Part shown: positions 36,436 to 41,679 of the stretch, one piece after another | How the letters are laid out: every line of letters begins with the position of its first letter | How positions within the stretch are numbered: the first letter of the stretch is position 1 | IMG/VR virus record: IMGVR_UViG_3300023246_000155 | Location: 1-41,679 of that record | Direction: 5' to 3' (one strand) | Length of the DNA stretch: 41,679 bases | Source of the DNA: a virus | Lineage: Duplodnaviria > Caudoviricetes | Position numbers and translations under genes: made by a program | Notes under the pieces: model-generated | The model's database searches: none | Seen by the model: the letters and a program-made list of their open reading frames with translations, nothing else | Told to the model about the DNA's origin: nothing

Positions 36436-37060
36436 TGAACATCCCCATGATGTCGATATTTTTTTGCATAATCTCATCTTTTTTGTCTTGGGATTTAATT
36501 GTTGGTCCGATAAATGTTGGCTTAACAAATTTTAAATAATAAAAGTTTTTTGCGTTAGAAACGTAGAGTTCTTTGATTGCTTGGATGTAGGTGTCTAGGT
36601 CGTCTGAGTTGTCTGCGTATACAACGATCGTAATTGCTACGTTTGATATAAAGCTGTCTCCGCCTATCCCTAGCGCATCGGTTGCAACGTTTATCACATC
36701 TACTGCGATTCGTGGGTATGAGTTTATTGTTAAATCGTTTCTTGGAAAGTCTGGGTATATTTTGTCTCCGCCATAATCATAAGTCACGACGTATGCCCCT
36801 GTTTGGTCTGCTTCGAATGTAATTAAACAACCGGCCGCATTCTTATAATCTGCATTCCAATCGGTCCCGAGATATTTTGAGGTTCCTCCAACCGTAATGC
36901 TTCGAATGTTCTTAACCGTTGATAGTGCAATTGTGATTGTGTCCTCTGCTGCCAATGTATCCTCTTGAGTATCGGTTGTCACGCCCCTCTCACTGATAGT
37001 AAATACATTATTATTTCTTAGAAAGTCTACCTGCTCTGATTTGATTTTTGGTATGTCCAT
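36425..37060 (-). CDS. Tail terminator/completion-like protein
   Basis: KIYPDFPR..YPRIAV motif; lies between gp10 and the tail tube. Confidence 0.6.
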   Translation of the reverse strand: MDIPKIKSEQVDFLRNNNVFTISERGVTTDTQEDTLAAEDTITIALSTVKNIRSITVGGTSKYLGTDWNADYKNAAGCLITFEADQTGAYVVTYDYGGDKIYPDFPRNDLTINSYPRIAVDVINVATDALGIGGDSFISNVAITIVVYADNSDDLDTYIQAIKELYVSNAKNFYYLKFVKPTFIGPTIKSQDKKDEIMQKNIDIMGMFNVE

Positions 37061-37132
37061 TTGTTTCCTCTTGGAATGTTATGCCGCTTGGCTTAGTATT
37101 CTTAACTCTAGCATGTTTTTAAATCTTGTTTT

Positions 37133-37927
37133 CTAATTCGCGAATTGTTTTGTTATCTCTTCTTGGATAATTCCTGCTAGTTTGTTTCGAATCGTGTTTC
37201 TTATGAATGGGTTTGGTCTTGTTCCTGGATGTTTAACAACCTTAGCGAACACCTTGCCATTTCCTACTTTGAATTTGAGTGCCTTCTTGTCTTTTGGCTT
37301 GATTATATGTGGTGGCGTGTTATGTGTGAATATACCGTTAGCAAAGAACGTATCTTCTCCTTCTAATGTTAAATTATAAATTGTTGATTTATTCATCAAA
37401 ATAGTTTCAATATCAATTATTTCTTCTGTTATAAATTCTTCGAATTGTTTCTTTGTGTTTTTTCCATATCCATATTTTTTATGAAATTCTTTATGATGTT
37501 TTTCACATAAGGCAACTCCATTCTTAACATCATATCTTTCTTTTGGAAATTTATCAAATCCATTAAGATGATGGGATTCTATTTTTTTAATCCCACAAAT
37601 AACACAAAATTTATCACGTTTTTTTACTGCTCTAACCCAAACTTTTTCTTCCTTATTTTTTCTTGGATTTGTTATTCCTCCATTCCAATTGTGATTTTTT
37701 TTCCCAGTCTGAGATAATCCTTGCTTTGTTCTTGTTTCTTTAGATAACTTCCAATGCTTTCCTTTAGAATAATCATGTCTAGAATATTTATGATAGCATT
37801 CCTGTGAACAAAATTTGGCAGTATCTTTTCTTGATGGGCTAACAAAAAACTTTTTCCCGCATTTACATTCTATTTTTATTTCTGTTATAATACCCTTATT
37901 CCAAGGTGTTCCCCCAGCCCTTACCAT
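37133..37927 (-). CDS. HNH endonuclease - intein C-half - gp10 C-extein
   Basis: VKKRDKFCVIC..ESHH..NGVALCEKHH HNH; IYNLTLEGEDTFFANGIFTHN|TPPHII..HPGTRPNPF. Confidence 0.88.
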   Translation of the reverse strand: MVRAGGTPWNKGIITEIKIECKCGKKFFVSPSRKDTAKFCSQECYHKYSRHDYSKGKHWKLSKETRTKQGLSQTGKKNHNWNGGITNPRKNKEEKVWVRAVKKRDKFCVICGIKKIESHHLNGFDKFPKERYDVKNGVALCEKHHKEFHKKYGYGKNTKKQFEEFITEEIIDIETILMNKSTIYNLTLEGEDTFFANGIFTHNTPPHIIKPKDKKALKFKVGNGKVFAKVVKHPGTRPNPFIRNTIRNKLAGIIQEEITKQFAN

Positions 37928-38193
37928 ATTTTTTTTATCCTATCTCTGACTTTTAATTTATGAGCTTTCTTCCATCCTTTACTTGTCCAGATGGGATGGT
38001 CCTCTGTGATTTCTAATTTCTTATTTTTGGTTTTCATAATAATCTTTTTTATTGGATACCCAATCTCCATTTTTTCTTTTTGGATTAATTTTTTGTATTC
38101 TTTTCCAGTCCATATTAATTCCCCTATTTTCAAATCTTTTAATTTTTTGTTTCCTTTCTTAGTTTTAATAGGAATAGTGTCTTTAAAAAAGCA
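37319..38193 (-). mobile_element. Frame-broken (split or frameshift-dependent) HNH intein in the gp10 gene
   Basis: IntN starts at C (38193) and stops at 37921; IntC ends HN at 37319 in the -1 frame. Confidence 0.85.
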
Positions 38194-38376
38194 TCCAAAC
38201 TCCACATAAAAAGCATAATCGACTATTGAGATTGTTAGTGTCATCCCGTCTGATGTGACCCTGATTGAATTTCTTAATCTCCCAGTATCTACTGGAGCTG
38301 CTATAATTAGTTCGTTCTGAATCCTTATTGCTATTCGTGGGATTGCTCTCCAAATCGCTTCTTCAATCTCATTCAT
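37921..38376 (-). CDS. HK97 gp10-like N-extein plus intein N-half
   Basis: APVDTGRLRNSI..YAFYVEFG|CFFKDTIPIKT..ITEDHPIWTSKGWKKA. Confidence 0.88.
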   Translation of the reverse strand: MNEIEEAIWRAIPRIAIRIQNELIIAAPVDTGRLRNSIRVTSDGMTLTISIVDYAFYVEFGCFFKDTIPIKTKKGNKKLKDLKIGELIWTGKEYKKLIQKEKMEIGYPIKKIIMKTKNKKLEITEDHPIWTSKGWKKAHKLKVRDRIKKIW

Positions 38377-38980
38377 CTTCTACATAAAAAAGCATTGCAA
38401 GTTTAAAACTTCCGGTCCCTGCAAAATCTCTCACACTTACTGTGTCGACTCGGTACACTCTGGAATCATGTGTTATCTTATCGTATTTATTTAGCGTTGT
38501 GTCCGGGCCGATGAATGCCATTGCATCGTATGATTTGTTTAAACCTGATTTGTCGAGGTCATATTTTGCTTTGTATGGGCTGATCACTATGTTGATATCC
38601 TCATCAGTTCCGTCAGTATAACTTTTATTTCCCGAGTAGTCTGGCGCCATTGTCACCGGTGTTCGAGTTGCTACAACCCCAAAATCAGAAAGGGGCCCAA
38701 GGTTGAAATCTCCACTTACTCCCACAGTTGCTTTCTCGTAATAATTAACTACAACCGTCATATCATCCCAGAGTCCGTTTAAGAATGTTATTTCTGTTGA
38801 AGCTGATAAGTGACTGACTGTGTATTCTAAATCTAATCCTAAAGGCAATCCACTCGCATAAACTAAAAATCCACTTTGTTGTGTTGTTCCTGTATTTGAC
38901 AGAATTAGGACTCTATTCGAATCTCCTGAAGCTCCACTTGTGTCTGCTCCTGTTCCGTTGAATGTTTTTATTGTTGCCAT
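38369..38980 (-). CDS. Head-closure/stopper-like protein
   Basis: C-terminal LNKYDKITHDSRVYRVDTV pattern; directly upstream of gp10. Confidence 0.55.
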   Translation of the reverse strand: MATIKTFNGTGADTSGASGDSNRVLILSNTGTTQQSGFLVYASGLPLGLDLEYTVSHLSASTEITFLNGLWDDMTVVVNYYEKATVGVSGDFNLGPLSDFGVVATRTPVTMAPDYSGNKSYTDGTDEDINIVISPYKAKYDLDKSGLNKSYDAMAFIGPDTTLNKYDKITHDSRVYRVDTVSVRDFAGTGSFKLAMLFYVEDE

Positions 38981-39022
38981 TTTATTTTAATGTTTTTGTT
39001 TTTTATATATCTAATTGTATAA

Positions 39023-39817
39023 TTAAAAAACAGTTTTCCAGGAATCTCCAACATTTATTTTAACTGATTCTACTGCTTTCCAAGTATCAGCAATATTGAT
39101 TTTCATACTATCTACATCTTTGAATGTATCTCCGATATTGATTTTCATGTTTGTGCCTGTTGCTGCCGAGAAAGGATAAGCCCATCCTGCCCCAGAGTTC
39201 CATAATGCCGTTACGTCGTCGCTGTCTAAGGCTTTTGAAAAAACAAAAGCTTCATCCAAATATCCCTTATACCATCCTATCCTTTCATATCCAAATTTTA
39301 ATTTAGCCGTCGAAGTAGCTAGTCCACTCAAAGCTGCGCTAGAAGTATTATCTACTTCCGTCCCATCAACATATAAATAAAGTGTAGAAGTTGAGCCCGA
39401 ATAAGACATAATAATTAAGTGCCACTCCCCATCATTTAAATCAACATCGTCGGAAATAGAAATAGCCGTGCTCCCGTCACCCATTTGACAGTGGGCAAAA
39501 TTTCCGGCCAAATTAAAAAAGCCGTATCGGTCGTTTAAGTTACGTTTCATAATTACCTCTACTGTCCCAACATCCCCATTAAATTTTGTCCAATATCCTA
39601 TACTAAAATTATCATTCTCATCAAAATTAATGCTAGCGTCATCATCCACTTGTACAATATCGTTTGCTCCATCAAAATAATATCCCGTGTTTATTATTCC
39701 GTCGCTGTTTTGTGTTGTAGAAGTAACTACCCCATCATTAGACCCCTCTGCGTCAATCATGTCTCCCGAAGACTCGTCCATCTTCCAATAAGCAACACAT
39801 GAGTCTATTAATGCCAT
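39023..39817 (-). CDS. LamG/concanavalin A-like domain virion protein
   Basis: Start MALIDSCVAYWKMDESSG; FDGAND, WHLIIMSY, LYVDG, GYLDEAFVFSKAL. Confidence 0.85.
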   Translation of the reverse strand: MALIDSCVAYWKMDESSGDMIDAEGSNDGVVTSTTQNSDGIINTGYYFDGANDIVQVDDDASINFDENDNFSIGYWTKFNGDVGTVEVIMKRNLNDRYGFFNLAGNFAHCQMGDGSTAISISDDVDLNDGEWHLIIMSYSGSTSTLYLYVDGTEVDNTSSAALSGLATSTAKLKFGYERIGWYKGYLDEAFVFSKALDSDDVTALWNSGAGWAYPFSAATGTNMKINIGDTFKDVDSMKINIADTWKAVESVKINVGDSWKTVF

Positions 39818-41679
39818 TATGCCGTGTATTTCACAAACAAACTTCCAATCGTTGTAGTGTTTGCTGTTGGTGGACTTCCCGTCCCGTAACAAACATTAAC
39901 TACTTGGTCGGTTGCTGCTGTCCCGTGGTCTGCTGCAGTTAATGCTCCAGTCAATGTTGCTGCGCTTAATGCACTAACAACATTTGTCGCGTCTGTCACA
40001 TCCGCACTTTCTTCGATTGTTCCTAGTTTAGTTGATGCTGTTGAATTATAAGAAATTTTGTTAGTGTTAGCAACAATCTCATCCCACTTGTCTGCCCCTA
40101 ATAGTCCTGCATTTGTAGTATCTGCTTCAACTAGAGTTGCGTTTGTTCCATCAGAAGAATTAACATCCATCGTAGTGGCTGTCTTTGTTCCTACACTTAG
40201 GTTTGTTGAAACATTATGATTCACATCTGTATCTTTAGCATTATTAACAACATGTTCATCATACATAGTAGTTGTCATAACCCCAGCGTTCGTCGCATTA
40301 GCAGCGGCAATAGTATCATTTGTTCCATCACTTGATTGAATATCTACATTTGTTGGAGCTTCGACTACTGTAATATTTGTTGTTACATTATGGTCTACGT
40401 CCGTTTCCTTTGCTGTGTTTAGTCCGATTGCTGTTTCGAGTTGAGCGTGAGTTTGAGTTCCAATATTACTTAAAGCTGTGTGGTCTGTTGTGTCCCCTGT
40501 GTCTGTATAATTAGCAGCGTTGATATTAGTTGCACCCAAATCGGTTGTCCAATCAAGATGTTCGTTAGCAGTAACTCCAGTTAAACTATCGTGAGTAAAA
40601 TCTGAAGAAGTATAGGTTGTGTTAGTATAATTTCCAGAATGGATATTTGTTGCTCCTCTGTCTGTGGTCCAGTCTAGATGCTCATTAACAACAAAATCAG
40701 AAAATCCATCATGGAAAGCTCCACCACTATAAGCTATATCTCCATCTGTTACTGCTGTATTAAATTGTGATTTGGTTCCAGTAATCCCTACAATGCTTGT
40801 TTGGTCTCCAGAATTTGTATTTGTAGTATTTCCGATTACCGTTACTTGAGCGTCTGTTACATAATTTGAATCTGCATCTACACCTATATCTCCAGTCGTT
40901 AAAACTACTGTTCCTGTTTCTCCATTAACACTCAAGACACTATCTGTTGGAGTTTGTAATTCTGTAAAGTCTGCCATAGTTCCTGCGCTTCCGCCATTGT
41001 GCATATACGATTTATTCTCATCTGTTCGAATAACCACATCACCTTCTTCTGTTGTTAATGCTAACATTGCCACTTCACTTACTGCAGTTTGTACCGAAGT
41101 CAATGCTACTGGTGGTAATACTGCACTTGAAATGGTTCCACTAGAAATATTTGAAGCATTTGTACAGTCAACATTCGGAACATTTCCAAGACTCACATCT
41201 GTTTTGTCTACTGAATGTGGGTTGTTTGTTAATCCCCTATGAGTTGTATTAAAATCGATCGCTGTTGTGTTTGTTCCTATTCCGCTTATATCTTGATCTC
41301 CTGAATTTGTTCCGCTTGTATTTCCTAGAAGTGTTATATCATCATCAGTAACATAATTTTGGTCGCCTGTCAAAGCTGGTGCGAATCCTGTGTGTCCTGC
41401 ACTTGCATAGTCTAATTGTGAAAAAGAGGCATGGGCTGTTGTGTCTCCGGTATTCGTATAATTACCTGCATTGATGTTAGTTGCCCCCTGGTCTGCTGTC
41501 CAGTCTAAAACTTGGTTTGCTGCGTATGTTGTATCAGTATAATTTCCGGAATGGATGTTTTTCGCTCCCTGGTCTGCTGTCCAATCTAAATGGTCGTTTA
41601 CTGGAATACTTGCCAAACTATCATGCGCGAAATCTCCGGCTGTGTAGGTTGTGTTTGTATCAGTGTAGTTTGCCGCATT
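39817..41679 (-). CDS. 3' part of repetitive fibre/adhesin-like protein
   Basis: Frame open from the window end; LDWTxDxGAxNI repeats, VLSVNGETGTVVL motif, SSDGT..AG repeats. Confidence 0.8.
   Translation of the reverse strand, partial: NAANYTDTNTTYTAGDFAHDSLASIPVNDHLDWTADQGAKNIHSGNYTDTTYAANQVLDWTADQGATNINAGNYTNTGDTTAHASFSQLDYASAGHTGFAPALTGDQNYVTDDDITLLGNTSGTNSGDQDISGIGTNTTAIDFNTTHRGLTNNPHSVDKTDVSLGNVPNVDCTNASNISSGTISSAVLPPVALTSVQTAVSEVAMLALTTEEGDVVIRTDENKSYMHNGGSAGTMADFTELQTPTDSVLSVNGETGTVVLTTGDIGVDADSNYVTDAQVTVIGNTTNTNSGDQTSIVGITGTKSQFNTAVTDGDIAYSGGAFHDGFSDFVVNEHLDWTTDRGATNIHSGNYTNTTYTSSDFTHDSLTGVTANEHLDWTTDLGATNINAANYTDTGDTTDHTALSNIGTQTHAQLETAIGLNTAKETDVDHNVTTNITVVEAPTNVDIQSSDGTNDTIAAANATNAGVMTTTMYDEHVVNNAKDTDVNHNVSTNLSVGTKTATTMDVNSSDGTNATLVEADTTNAGLLGADKWDEIVANTNKISYNSTASTKLGTIEESADVTDATNVVSALSAATLTGALTAADHGTAATDQVVNVCYGTGSPPTANTTTIGSLFVKYTA
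41554..41679. repeat. 126-bp terminal repeat identical to 229..354
   Basis: Exact match. Confidence 0.92.

Noticed and set aside
402-41242. Plus-strand ORFs in the ORF track (e.g. 33436..34188, 17791..18246, 21475..21918)
   Set aside because: All are antisense shadows of well-supported minus-strand genes, with no motifs or RBS.
1-41679. tRNA/rRNA genes, endolysin, alternative genetic code
   Set aside because: No cloverleaf or rRNA-like segment seen, no peptidoglycan hydrolase motif, and genes tile densely with TAA, TAG and TGA all used as stops.

Overview
A near-complete, probably circular ~41.3 kb genome of a tailed dsDNA virus (Caudoviricetes, siphovirus-like layout). All credible genes lie on the minus strand. 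BRE/TATA-like promoters, oligo-T terminators, an Hjc-type resolvase, small wHTH regulators, a sequon-rich membrane protein and the lack of an endolysin point to an archaeal host (DPANN-type, e.g. Pacearchaeota/Woesearchaeota, is inference). Gene order: TerS, TerL, portal fused to a MuF/gp7 domain, protease-scaffold, major capsid, head-tail adaptor, repetitive fibre-like gene spanning the window ends, LamG protein, head closure, gp10, tail terminator, tail tube, chaperone with -1 frameshift, short tape measure, distal tail/hub, holin-like gene, and a block of small DNA-metabolism genes. The genome carries four inteins and about eleven homing-type nucleases. Main oddities: (1) both terminase inteins stay open in the host frame while hiding a complete HNH gene in another frame; (2) the gp10 intein is broken into IntN and HNH-IntC ORFs at an A8 slippery run; (3) a ~470 nt hairpin-rich non-coding segment precedes a minimal GIY-YIG gene in a genome with no recognisable replication genes; (4) an anti-Shine-Dalgarno element complementary to the holin-like gene RBS. 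All family calls come from motif recognition by eye; no searches were run.
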